Shown: positions 1 through 9,263 of the stretch, one piece after another | Numbering within the stretch: the stretch's first letter is position 1 | Layout: each line of letters starts with the position of its first letter | Source of the DNA: Pseudomonadales bacterium | GTDB taxonomy: Bacteria > Patescibacteriota > Microgenomatia > UBA1400 > PJMF01 | Reading direction: 5' to 3' | DNA length: 64,000 nt | NCBI GenBank assembly: GCA_020632235.1 | Contig: JACKFY010000003.1 | Location: 94,139-158,138 of the forward strand | The notes under the pieces: generated by a model | The model's database searches: none | Seen by the model: the letters and a program-made list of their open reading frames with translations, nothing else | Told to the model about the DNA's origin: nothing | Program-made: the position numbers and the translations under genes

Positions 1-54
1 TGCTCGTGACAATAAAGGAAAACATGAGTAGTCCTAGAAAGAGTGCTGAGGTGT

Positions 55-1377
55 TCATGCCCCCTCCTCTCTTTGAATAACAGCACCAAGTGAGCGCAGT
101 CGCTCTTCGAGTGCCTCGTAGCCGCGATCAACGTGTTCAATAGCTGAGAAGTGAGATGTGCCCTGCGCAATGAGTGCGGCGGTAATGAGTGTTGCGCCGT
201 GGCGCAAGTCTTTGATGGTAATGTCTGTAGCCACCAGAGGCGTGGGGCCCGTAATGCCAATGGCATGTAGGTCATTGGTGCTATCGGCAAGGTTGAAGTT
301 ATACGTGTTTTCTGCGCGCCCTAGTTTTGGTTGAAAAAGAGTAATGTCTGCCCCCATCCTTTGCAGCTCTGGCACGTACTGAAAGCGACTGTCCATAACC
401 GTTTCGTGAATAGTGCTTTTTCCTTGGCATTGAGTCAGGAGAGTGGCCATGAGTGGTTGCCAGTCGGTCATGAATCCTGGTTCAATTTTGGTTGTAATAT
501 CGGTGGCCTGCAGTTCATCTTTGTAAAAAAATCTGATGCCGTACTGCCCCACCTCATACCCAGCCTTCATTTGGTCAAGAACTTGCAGAAACGCATGGAG
601 GTCTTTGGCCCGCGCGTTTTCTATCACTACATCACCCTTGGTGCCCAGCGCTGCGCAGGCGTACGTGACCGCCTCATTTCTGTCAGGGAGCAGCTTGTGA
701 ATAGCGCCGTGGAGTTCTTTTACCCCCTCAATCACGATGGTGCGGTCGGCAGTTCGCTTGATATGTCCTCCCATGGCGTTTAAAAATGCAATCAGATCAT
801 CTATTTCTGGCTCACGGGCTGCGTTTTTGAGCACTGTCGTGCCCCGTGCCAATACTCCAGCCATGATCAGTGTCTCGGTGCCGGTGTGGGAGTTTTTCTC
901 AAAGGTATATTCAGCGCCCACCATTCGTTCTGCCCTGGCTTTGTACATGCCGTCTTCAAAGATGATTGTTGCCCCGAGTGCGGCCAGTCCGTCAAAGTGT
1001 CTCTCGAGTGGTCGCTTGCCTATCTTGTCTCCTCCAGGGGCTGGTACGTTTGCTCGGCCGAATGTGTGCAGCAAGACGGGAATGAACATTGTGGAAAATC
1101 GGCCTTGTTCGCCGTGCTTGGCGTCGATACTGTGCGAAGAGAGACCTGCAGGATCTATAAAGAGTGCGCGCTCTCCTGCGGTGCGCGCCGAGCCACCCAA
1201 GTAATTGATGATGCTCGAGACAAGCTGCACATCACTGATTTGAGAGAAGTTGAGCAGGCGAGACTCGCTTGTTCCCAGCAGAGCGGCAATCATCAGTTTG
1301 AACGAAGCATTCTTTGCTCCTCCTAGGCGCACCGAGCCACGCAGAGGAGTGCCGCCAGTAACGGTAAGTGATGTCAT
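55..1377 (-). CDS. murA: UDP-N-acetylglucosamine 1-carboxyvinyltransferase
   Basis: 440 aa. N-terminal 'GGTPLRGSVRLGGAKNASFKLMIAALL' and overall length are typical of MurA. ATGA start/stop overlap with upstream murB. Confidence 0.9.
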   Translation of the reverse strand: MTSLTVTGGTPLRGSVRLGGAKNASFKLMIAALLGTSESRLLNFSQISDVQLVSSIINYLGGSARTAGERALFIDPAGLSSHSIDAKHGEQGRFSTMFIPVLLHTFGRANVPAPGGDKIGKRPLERHFDGLAALGATIIFEDGMYKARAERMVGAEYTFEKNSHTGTETLIMAGVLARGTTVLKNAAREPEIDDLIAFLNAMGGHIKRTADRTIVIEGVKELHGAIHKLLPDRNEAVTYACAALGTKGDVVIENARAKDLHAFLQVLDQMKAGYEVGQYGIRFFYKDELQATDITTKIEPGFMTDWQPLMATLLTQCQGKSTIHETVMDSRFQYVPELQRMGADITLFQPKLGRAENTYNFNLADSTNDLHAIGITGPTPLVATDITIKDLRHGATLITAALIAQGTSHFSAIEHVDRGYEALEERLRSLGAVIQREEGA

Positions 1378-2450
1378 AGTGTGTTGTAGGTATCTGTGTG
1401 GATAACGCCAGCCAACTCGTCTGTAGTAAATCCCTTAAAAAATATTTCTGGTTGTAATTGTACACCACTTTGTTCCCGTGCGACGGCTTGCAAGTGCTTG
1501 ATCACAGCCAAGTACTCATCTGCTGTTGCGTTGGCGGTATTTTCGATAAATGCTGCGTGCTTTTCAGACACCCTTGCCCCACCGATGGTAAAGCCTTTTA
1601 AGTCAAGTACTTGGTCAATCACGTATGAAACAGAGGGGGTGGGTAGAGCCAGTCGAGCTTGGTCCTGAGCCGAGAGGTTTTGAAAGATGCAGCCGAGTGA
1701 GTTTTGGGGGTGGTGTTTTTTTGCCTTTGCCCAGTCGATTGATTGTTTGAGCGCTTTTGTTCCATTTCCTTTGTATAGTAGTAAAATAGCAGAGAGAATA
1801 ACCTCATTTGTGTGATGAAAACGTGAATAATCGTACGCAAATGCAAGTTTGTTTGCAGGTAGAGTGTGGATTCTTCCGTCCTCTCCCACAACTTCCACAG
1901 AGTGGATGTAGTCAGAAATGAAGGTGTGGGCGCCATGAATGTTGTTGTAGATGGCTCCACCCAGTGTTGCGGGAATGCGGGCAAACCACTCGAGCCCAAC
2001 TATATTTTGCTGCAGCAGTGTGTTGATCAAGTAGGAAAGGGGTGTCCCTGCATCAACACGAACGGCAACATGTTCGCCATGTGTTACGTGCTTTTGTGGC
2101 AGGTGTTGTTGACGGGCTGTGTCGTCCCAGCGGGGAACAACTCGGCTAGAAAGCGCTCCTTCTGGAACACTTGGTAAAACTGCAACAGCGTTTGCAGTAT
2201 TTTTGACAACCAAGCCTCTGATACCGCGATCGGCAATCAGCGTGTTGGCTCCCCAGCCCAGTATAGTTATGTCCAGTGCGTGTTGCTTGGCATAGATAGT
2301 TAGATCTGCCAAATCTTTGGTGGTGTCTACCTGGCAAAATACCTCGGCTGGCCCGCCGATTTTGACGGTGGTGTACGGCGCGAGTGGCTCGTCCTGCTTG
2401 AACACCAGTTTGGGAAAGGCTGAAGTGAGCTGTTTGTAGAGTGCTGTCAT
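1374..2450 (-). CDS. murB: UDP-N-acetylenolpyruvoylglucosamine reductase
   Basis: 358 aa. 'LAPYTTVKIGGPAEVF...ILGWGANTLIADRGIRGLVV' matches the MurB FAD-binding N-terminal domain. 4-nt overlap with murA. Confidence 0.85.
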   Translation of the reverse strand: MTALYKQLTSAFPKLVFKQDEPLAPYTTVKIGGPAEVFCQVDTTKDLADLTIYAKQHALDITILGWGANTLIADRGIRGLVVKNTANAVAVLPSVPEGALSSRVVPRWDDTARQQHLPQKHVTHGEHVAVRVDAGTPLSYLINTLLQQNIVGLEWFARIPATLGGAIYNNIHGAHTFISDYIHSVEVVGEDGRIHTLPANKLAFAYDYSRFHHTNEVILSAILLLYKGNGTKALKQSIDWAKAKKHHPQNSLGCIFQNLSAQDQARLALPTPSVSYVIDQVLDLKGFTIGGARVSEKHAAFIENTANATADEYLAVIKHLQAVAREQSGVQLQPEIFFKGFTTDELAGVIHTDTYNTL

Positions 2451-4006
2451 GGATGCGTGGAGTAGTACTCCTTTGCTGCTGTTATAAGTGCTGTTTTCTC
2501 ATTTTCTAACTCGCCATCAGTCACGCTTTCAAGTAGGTGTGAGAGTATCTCCCCCAGTTCTCTCCCAGGCTTTAGCCCCAGCTCCTCCATCAAGTCAGTG
2601 CCGTTTACTTTCAAATCGGTTACCGCAAATGGTTGGTTTAACTGTTCGAGCATGCGTTCTTTCATCTCTTCCAGGCGCCAACTAGTTTTTCTAGCGCCAG
2701 AGCCAAGTCTGTCACCTTCACGCAGCGCCAAGATGTCGTTGATGTTGGCAAGTCCCACTGTACGCATAAACCGCCTGATAGAGGCATCGGTATTTTCTGT
2801 CTGATAGTAAAACATGTGATGACGTACTAATACATACACTCGTTCTGCATCACGTTTGGATAAAGCAAGTCTGCGCGCAATAGTTTTTGCCATCCGTGCC
2901 CCCACTATCTCATGATTATAAAACGTAATAGTGTTGCCTACCTGGCGACGTGTCTGGGGTTTACCGATATCATGCAAAAGTGTGGCCAGTCGTACAATGG
3001 GGTCGGGTGATGGGCACTCAGCCAGCGCGTCAAGACTGTGTGTCCAGACATCGGTGGTGTGGTGACCACCTTGGCTGCAACCCTTGCCTGCCAGTAGTTC
3101 TGGCATAATGTATTGTAGTAGCCCTGTCTCATCAAGCAGCTCAATAGCTTCTTTGGGAAATGGTGACGAGAGCATCTTGAGAAACTCGTCGCGAATGCGC
3201 TCCCAGCTCATCTTCGCAGTGAGTTGATGGTTGGCGGCGATAGCGTCATAGGTGGCACGTTCTATCTGCATATTCAGCTGGACGCTAAAGCGAATGGCGC
3301 GCAGCATGCGCAAAGCATCCTCGCCAAACCGCAGGTTTGGCTCTCCCACACAGCGAATAGTGTGGGTTGCAAGATCATCAAGCCCGTCAAACGGGTCATA
3401 CAGCACCACCGCGTCTTTCTCCAAGGTGATTAGAGTTAGCAACTCTGCTGTTTGTTTCAGCCACTGCTTGGCCTGCGGCACCGCAAGCGCCATCGCGTTG
3501 ATGGTAAAGTCTCGCCGTTCAAGATCTTCCCCGAGTGTATGACCCCAGACAACAGAGTCCGGCCGTCGGCCGTCACTGTACGCACCATCACTGCGAAAGG
3601 TAGTGATCTCAATAGGTTTGAGCAGAGGCTCTTTAGAAATAATCTGTGCAGGCTCACCTGCCTGTTTGAGAGAAACATGCACCTTTCCTATTTGTGAACG
3701 AGTTAAAAATACATCTTCGTGTTGTTCTTGCTTACTCATTTCTGGCACGGGCACCCCCAGTTGTTCTGCCAGATGCTCAAGTGTCACGCTCACCGTTCCA
3801 AAGGTATTTTCATAAAACGATTCGGGGAATACTGCCTGTATTTCCTCTGGAGTTGCATCGGTAGTGATATCAAAATCTTTGACCACTCCTTGTGCCTCAG
3901 AGAGCACTACATCTCGCACCGCCCCCCCCACCACGTACGCCTCAAACCCCGCCTCTTGCAGCAGAGAAATGACCTGTAGTACAGCAGTAGGAAACACTAT
4001 CTTCAT
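2447..4006 (-). CDS. cca: CCA tRNA nucleotidyltransferase / poly(A) polymerase family with HD domain
   Basis: Pol-beta head 'YVVGGAVRDVVL'. HD motif 'LLHDIGKP'. The ORF track extends it to 4192, but the conserved N-terminus begins at M63 'MKIVFPTAV...' (ATG 4006-4004). The longer extension would overlap recJ. Confidence 0.8.
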   Translation of the reverse strand: MKIVFPTAVLQVISLLQEAGFEAYVVGGAVRDVVLSEAQGVVKDFDITTDATPEEIQAVFPESFYENTFGTVSVTLEHLAEQLGVPVPEMSKQEQHEDVFLTRSQIGKVHVSLKQAGEPAQIISKEPLLKPIEITTFRSDGAYSDGRRPDSVVWGHTLGEDLERRDFTINAMALAVPQAKQWLKQTAELLTLITLEKDAVVLYDPFDGLDDLATHTIRCVGEPNLRFGEDALRMLRAIRFSVQLNMQIERATYDAIAANHQLTAKMSWERIRDEFLKMLSSPFPKEAIELLDETGLLQYIMPELLAGKGCSQGGHHTTDVWTHSLDALAECPSPDPIVRLATLLHDIGKPQTRRQVGNTITFYNHEIVGARMAKTIARRLALSKRDAERVYVLVRHHMFYYQTENTDASIRRFMRTVGLANINDILALREGDRLGSGARKTSWRLEEMKERMLEQLNQPFAVTDLKVNGTDLMEELGLKPGRELGEILSHLLESVTDGELENEKTALITAAKEYYSTHP

Positions 4007-4070
4007 AGACACACAGGCAGTATACCCCAGATTTCTCTCTCTTGTGAGAGATGCAGTACAATGGAAAGTA
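4007..4070. promoter_or_regulatory. Divergent intergenic region between cca (-) and recJ (+); presumed to carry both promoters
   Basis: A 64-nt gap remains after start refinement of both genes. No explicit -35/-10 assignment was made. Confidence 0.3.
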
Positions 4071-5717
4071 ATGAAGCTTACTCTACGCTCAGACATAACC
4101 CCCACAACACTCGAAGAACTGGGAGACATCCTTCTTGCCAATAGAGGCGTTAGTGATCCAGAATCATTTTTCTCCCCCCCACATCCCAGCACGTTTCAAC
4201 CCAGCGGCCTTGGACTTGATGACGCACGCCTTGCAACTGCAGCCAATCGGCTCAAACAAGCTATAAAGGAAAACGAACGCGTCCTGATTTACGGCGACTA
4301 TGACGCTGATGGTATTACGGCGACCGCCATCCTTTGGAAGACACTCAATCACTTGGGGTTACAAGCTATTCCATTTATTCCTTCAAGGCAAAAACATGGC
4401 TACGGCATTTCACAGCGCAGCCTAGAAGATATCTTAGAGCACCAGCCAGATTTGATAGTAACGGTGGATAACGGCATCGTAGCCCACGATATCTTTATCC
4501 AGCTGAAAAAGTTGGGCATCCAGACCATTCTTACCGATCACCACCAACCAGAATCAAAAAACGGTCAAGCGCTCTATCCACCAGCAGATGTTATCGTTCA
4601 CTCAACAAAGCTGTGTGGGGCAACGGTAGCCTGGATGCTCGCACGCTCGCTCGATGCTGGGTACGCTGAGACACTTCTTGGACTCTGCGCGCTGGCTACT
4701 ATTGCCGACCAAATGCCGCTCAAAGAGCACCACCGCGCGTTTGTCTATCATGGTCTCGCGCAGCTGAGAGTAAGCAAAGACCCCTGGATTACAGAGCTGT
4801 GCCGTGTGGCAGAGACCAAGCAGGACGCGCTGACCAGCGGCAGTATCGGGTACCAGATCGCCCCGCGCATCAACGCTATGGGCAGGATTGCCCACGGTAT
4901 GGACGCCCTGCGTCTTTTGTGTACACATCAAGGCACAACTGCTCAAAAGTATGCCGCTATCTTACAAGAAACTAATCTTGAACGCCAAGAACTGACGACC
5001 GAGATGCTTGAAATAGGTAAAGCCCAGGCAGAACAGCAAGCCGGTGAGCATCTGCTGGTGGTTTCATCACAACACTTTCATGAAGGTGTCATAGGCCTGG
5101 TAGCAGGTAAATTGACCGAGCTGTATCACACACCCACACTAGCCATCGCAGTTGGCACAGACACGGCAAAAGGCTCCGCCCGATCAATACAAGGCATAGA
5201 TATTACACAGATTCTCAGAGCGCATCGAGAGCACCTGCTGGAAGTGGGTGGTCACCCTATGGCAGGTGGATTTTTACTCGAGACTACCCAGCTAGAACCA
5301 TTCATCACCGCTGTTCAAAAAGATGCAAAAGAAAGTATCAGTGCAGAGCTGCTGGAGCCAAGTATGCGGGTTGACTGCAGCCTACCAACTGCATTAGTCC
5401 AAATCGAGACAGCCCAGATGTTGGCAGACTTCGAGCCGTTTGGCACCGCCAACCCTCGCCCTACGTTTGTGCTTGAAAACATGCAGGTAGAACAAGTGCA
5501 GCGGATAGGAAGCGAACAGCAACACTACAAGCTAACCTTACAACAAAAAGATAATGTCTCAGGTGAGCCTGTCACTGCTCTCTGGTGGAACGGTGTCGCA
5601 GAGCAGGAAATCCATACTGGGGGGATGCTCAACATTGTGGGAAAACTTGAGATCAGTGAATTTCGAGGGGTTAAAAGGGTGCAGGTGGTGGTGAAAGACT
5701 GCGTAAAGACTATCTAA
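4071..5717 (+). CDS. recJ: Single-stranded-DNA-specific exonuclease RecJ
   Basis: DHH family motifs 'IYGDYDADGITATAIL' and 'TDHHQPE', followed by a DHHA1-like C-terminus. Start refined to ATG 4071 ('MKLTLRSDITPTTLEEL'). The ORF-track start at 3864 lies antisense inside cca. Confidence 0.85.
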   Translation: MKLTLRSDITPTTLEELGDILLANRGVSDPESFFSPPHPSTFQPSGLGLDDARLATAANRLKQAIKENERVLIYGDYDADGITATAILWKTLNHLGLQAIPFIPSRQKHGYGISQRSLEDILEHQPDLIVTVDNGIVAHDIFIQLKKLGIQTILTDHHQPESKNGQALYPPADVIVHSTKLCGATVAWMLARSLDAGYAETLLGLCALATIADQMPLKEHHRAFVYHGLAQLRVSKDPWITELCRVAETKQDALTSGSIGYQIAPRINAMGRIAHGMDALRLLCTHQGTTAQKYAAILQETNLERQELTTEMLEIGKAQAEQQAGEHLLVVSSQHFHEGVIGLVAGKLTELYHTPTLAIAVGTDTAKGSARSIQGIDITQILRAHREHLLEVGGHPMAGGFLLETTQLEPFITAVQKDAKESISAELLEPSMRVDCSLPTALVQIETAQMLADFEPFGTANPRPTFVLENMQVEQVQRIGSEQQHYKLTLQQKDNVSGEPVTALWWNGVAEQEIHTGGMLNIVGKLEISEFRGVKRVQVVVKDCVKTI

Positions 5718-5827
5718 AGTATTATCATATGCTGATCCTCGCTTATCTCAGTAGGTATTATTTCTTTTGTAATTGAGTAGATTTTTGATATAGTAACATC
5801 CAGTTTTTATGTATTATATATGCTATC

Positions 5828-6655
5828 GTGAAAGAAAAAATGTTAGTCAAAGAAATAGAAGCAATAGTAAGGGTAGAATCTGAAAACACACAGTGGAGTC
5901 GGTTATTCAATCCATTAGTTATGAAAGTCTTATTAGACTATAATAATAACGATAATAGAGGTTATCTTTTTGCAATGACAGGAGACTTGGATAATTTGGG
6001 AGTATATGTTGGCAGAAACGGTAGGGCTGCTGCTGAAAATTTAGTTGATTTGTATAACCAAATAATTCATAATTGTTTGCAAAAATGGCGTGCTACTCGA
6101 AAGGACATACTATCTTTATCACTAGTTCCTAGCGGAGAAGAAGCTTTAGTTTTAGGAGTGTCTGATGGACAAGATGCGCCAGAAAATCTATTTAATACTC
6201 TTCGGAACGAAGTTATGTTGTCAATAAAAGGCCAGCCATATATTGAGATAGGTGACACTGCAGCAAGTTTTGGCGGTGTGGTTTTTGGCAGTGAATTTGA
6301 TGCACAAATACAAAATTTGGTAAATGCTGTACAACAAAAAAACAACTCCGATGATGAAATTTATCCCCTCTACCTTGAAATACTATCCGCAATAAGGAAC
6401 AAAACAGCAGTTGCGCTAGACAGGCATAAATTTGCAGATGTCTTAGAAGGAGAATATCCTGCACATGTCAGGAATCTCGTTCTCACCCAAATGCTTCGAT
6501 ACAAAGAAGCAACTCGCGTAATTATAACTGCCCTCAATAGTTTGTCAGAAGAAAATCTTGTAGAATTGCTAGTTTTACTAGGCAATGAGTATGGAGTAAA
6601 ACCACAAAAAGAGAGCGCTGTGAATGCCTTCATAAGGGAAAAAATAAACAAATGA
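5828..6655 (+). CDS. Palm-domain nucleotide-cyclase-like protein (GGDEF / class III cyclase / mCpol superfamily) with degenerate S-G-E-E signature
   Basis: 275 aa. The ordered motifs read 'FAMTGDLDNLG' (DxD metal site in beta1), 'GRAAAENLV' (GHxxGDxxL-like), 'LVPSGEEALVLGV' (the RxGG[DE]EF position reads SGEE) and 'IEIGDTAASFGGVV'. ATGA overlap with the next gene. The start codon is ambiguous (GTG 5828 or ATG 5840). Confidence 0.45.
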   Translation: MKEKMLVKEIEAIVRVESENTQWSRLFNPLVMKVLLDYNNNDNRGYLFAMTGDLDNLGVYVGRNGRAAAENLVDLYNQIIHNCLQKWRATRKDILSLSLVPSGEEALVLGVSDGQDAPENLFNTLRNEVMLSIKGQPYIEIGDTAASFGGVVFGSEFDAQIQNLVNAVQQKNNSDDEIYPLYLEILSAIRNKTAVALDRHKFADVLEGEYPAHVRNLVLTQMLRYKEATRVIITALNSLSEENLVELLVLLGNEYGVKPQKESAVNAFIREKINK

Positions 6656-7344
6656 AATACGATGGTAGATTAACCAATAACCTGATTTTAATTGGCGGCG
6701 GAATAATGCTAAGGGGAGAAACGGAGAGAATTGATCGCTGGATGCTGAGAAGAGTTCAAAATAATAATAAAAAAAGCAAACCTAAAGTACTTTTTATACC
6801 CTCAGCAAGTGGCGATTTAGATGAATATATCAAAAATTTTACCAATAGGTATCAAGAATATGGAGCAATAGTGAGCAGCCTTTCTTTAACAAGTAAGGCT
6901 CCCTCAAAAACGAAGATAAAAGAACAGTTTTTCGATGCTGAATTGATATACTTTGGTGGAGGAAGTGCTGGGTTACTTCTTGAGGCATTCAAAAAATTTG
7001 AGCTAGAAAGGCTGTGTTTTGAGGCTAATAAGCTTGGAATTTTAATAACAGGACTTAGTGCAGGAGCAATTATTTGGGGAGAAAAGTTTCTAACCTTTGA
7101 TCGAAAAGGAGATGATTTTATTAATTTTCGTATTAAGCGTGGACTTGGATGGACTAACAGTTTAATTATTCCACACTTTGACCCTTCAATGTTAAAAAAT
7201 AAAAATGTGCTTAAACTACTGAAACAAAATTTAAATTTAAAATCTCTAGCTATTGGCAACGGGACTGCTGTGTATTGGGAAGGTAGTTCTATTCCTCTTT
7301 TAAGAAACAAGAAGAATCATGCAAGGGATTGTTTTTATCTATAA
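6652..7344 (+). CDS. Peptidase family S51 (dipeptidase E / cyanophycinase-like) serine peptidase
   Basis: 'KVLFIPSASGD', 'IYFGGGSAGLLL', nucleophile motif 'TGLSAGAIIWG' and 'IPHFDP' (His). All are consistent with the S51 fold and Ser-His-Glu triad. Confidence 0.7.
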   Translation: MKYDGRLTNNLILIGGGIMLRGETERIDRWMLRRVQNNNKKSKPKVLFIPSASGDLDEYIKNFTNRYQEYGAIVSSLSLTSKAPSKTKIKEQFFDAELIYFGGGSAGLLLEAFKKFELERLCFEANKLGILITGLSAGAIIWGEKFLTFDRKGDDFINFRIKRGLGWTNSLIIPHFDPSMLKNKNVLKLLKQNLNLKSLAIGNGTAVYWEGSSIPLLRNKKNHARDCFYL

Positions 7345-7362
7345 AAGATTTAATTCAAGCTT

Positions 7363-8490
7363 ATGCGTGAAAATACTTCTCTTTACAAACCACACGCCCT
7401 TCAAAAGGGAGATGAGATTGGGCTAGTAAGTCCTGTAGGTGAAATGAACAAACAATACGAACGCAGTGCTTTGACTAAGACACTATTGTATCTTAAAAGT
7501 AGGGGATATCGTATTGGTGATGCTGAAATAAATAAAACAACCCTGATAGAAGGTGTTCAAGACCCACAGATTCTTCTTGACTACTATGACCCATATGTAT
7601 TTGATGGGAGAGAAGTATGCTTGAATCCTTTTCGAATGATGCGAAGAAGTTTTCTAGGAAAAAATAACTCTTCATCTGAAGAGAGAGTAGACCTTTTTAA
7701 TCAAGCTGTTGCTCAGTGTCGAGCAGTACTACCTCTTGTCGGCAACAGGTTTGGATTGGATATTGTTGATCAAGTCGATTATGTTGCTTTCCAAAGAAAC
7801 AAACCGATCTTTGTCACGTTCAGTGCTGCTTCAGCTTTTCTTCTACACCTGCACCTCAACACCAATGTAGAGGTTTTTTATGGCCCTCATGTTCATTTTC
7901 TTGCAGGAAGATATGAGAATAACTATACTGAGTCCTCTTTCTGGGAGATGTTAACGAAAAAAAAAACACCTTTTCTTTTAGAAAACATTTACTCTTCAGA
8001 AAATAATATAATAGGGAAAGAAATTCCTTTTATAGGCCATCACAACCAATCTTCATCTAGTGTTACGGGGACACTACTCCCCATTTTTCTCTTTAGTCTA
8101 GAGAAAGTTATAAAACAAGAAAGTATTGATTTTGACCCTAGGGGAAAGATTTTAATCTTAGAAGCAGACGAAAGAAGTTATGAAGAATGCTTAGAGGCTC
8201 TACAATTAATTCATGAGCGTGTGAATCTTTCTAATTTATCTGCCTTAGTTCTCGCTTCATTTATTGCTTTTAAACAAGAAAGCATAGAATTGAGAAACAG
8301 CTTGCTTGACCGCAACAAGATTGCCGAGTTTGTTTCTAATGTGAGAGCACTTCTCGATGACAATATACCTGTGATTTACGGATTTCCTATGGGACATTCG
8401 AAACATAAACTAACAATCCCAATGGGAATTAAAGCTGAGTTAGATATCGAAACAGGAGATATAACTATAATCGAAAGCCTTTTTTCTTAA
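7363..8490 (+). CDS. Peptidase family S66 (LD-carboxypeptidase LdcA / microcin-C immunity MccF-like) serine peptidase
   Basis: N-terminal 'LQKGDEIGLVSPVG'. Nucleophile region 'FVTFSAASAFLLHLHL'. Acidic 'ILILEADERSYEE'. C-terminal 'YGFPMGHSKHKLTIPMG'. Contains an A10 homopolymer (7967-7976). Confidence 0.7.
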   Translation: MRENTSLYKPHALQKGDEIGLVSPVGEMNKQYERSALTKTLLYLKSRGYRIGDAEINKTTLIEGVQDPQILLDYYDPYVFDGREVCLNPFRMMRRSFLGKNNSSSEERVDLFNQAVAQCRAVLPLVGNRFGLDIVDQVDYVAFQRNKPIFVTFSAASAFLLHLHLNTNVEVFYGPHVHFLAGRYENNYTESSFWEMLTKKKTPFLLENIYSSENNIIGKEIPFIGHHNQSSSSVTGTLLPIFLFSLEKVIKQESIDFDPRGKILILEADERSYEECLEALQLIHERVNLSNLSALVLASFIAFKQESIELRNSLLDRNKIAEFVSNVRALLDDNIPVIYGFPMGHSKHKLTIPMGIKAELDIETGDITIIESLFS

Positions 8491-8492
8491 AG

Positions 8493-9263
8493 ATGAACGG
8501 GACTAATAACATGTCGACTAAAGAATGGTATAAACCAACAAGTGAAAACATTAGTCCTTTTGACCGTATATACCTCGAGGAATGCAGGCTCCCCAAAGAA
8601 AGGACATCGCAAGAAGCAAGCTCTTTAGGAGCCATTATTTCTGCTATGCAAATAAAACCTCGTGTTTTAGATATAGCTGGTGGATTCGGACGGATTGGTT
8701 CGGAGTTAATTAGTCAAAATCTAGCATACTCCTTAGTTAATCTAGATCTAAATAGAGAATTTCTTGATTTAGCAAGAAAGAATGGAGTGTCAGAGGTTGT
8801 GCAAGCAGATATGCGAGATTTAGCTTTTAAAAAAGGAAGTTTTGATTTGGCACTCATAATGTTTACAGCCTTTGGCTATTTTAATGATGAAGATAACTTC
8901 AGAGTTTTGCAAGAAGTATATAGAGTACTAGATGATGACGGAGTTTTAGTATTAGACTTGCCAAACTACAATAGAATTTGTAATAATTTTTCTACCCATC
9001 GAGAAATGTTATTAGGAAATGGAGATATCATAAGATACGAAAAAAAAATTGAAGGAAACTATTTAATTGAGCAAAGATTTAGAGTAGTACAAAATCAAAG
9101 TCAAAAAAAACTGTTACCTATAAAACTAAGAATATATTCTGTTTCAGAAATAGTACTATTGTGTCAGGCAGCTGGTTTTAATGAGTTACTGGTAGTTGAC
9201 CAAGAACTAAGGGGTTTTTCTTTAACTACATCAAAGCGTCTTTGGATTATTGGTACTAAATAA
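8493..9263 (+). CDS. Class I SAM-dependent methyltransferase
   Basis: Motif I 'VLDIAGGFGRIG', acidic motif II 'LVNLDLN' and post-I/II layout typical of the Methyltransf_11/12 families. Confidence 0.75.
   Translation: MNGTNNMSTKEWYKPTSENISPFDRIYLEECRLPKERTSQEASSLGAIISAMQIKPRVLDIAGGFGRIGSELISQNLAYSLVNLDLNREFLDLARKNGVSEVVQADMRDLAFKKGSFDLALIMFTAFGYFNDEDNFRVLQEVYRVLDDDGVLVLDLPNYNRICNNFSTHREMLLGNGDIIRYEKKIEGNYLIEQRFRVVQNQSQKKLLPIKLRIYSVSEIVLLCQAAGFNELLVVDQELRGFSLTTSKRLWIIGTK

Noticed and set aside
331-1326. Multiple 60-155 aa ORFs antisense to murA. Similar shadow ORFs occur across the window, for example 3224..3815, 9935..10399, 12447..13189, 16088..16354, 22687..23326, 36046..36588 and 62672..63230.
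   Set aside because: They are fully embedded in, and antisense or out-of-frame to, long ORFs with strong homology-like motifs. They have no motifs of their own and are typical GC-rich shadow frames.
5718-5827. Candidate sigma70-like -35 'TTGATA' (5785-5790) and downstream AT-rich -10-like sequences ahead of island gene 1.
   Set aside because: The spacing to a good -10 hexamer is non-optimal (about 17 bp gives 'TATGTA'). In AT-rich DNA such matches are frequent. Noted but not annotated as a feature.
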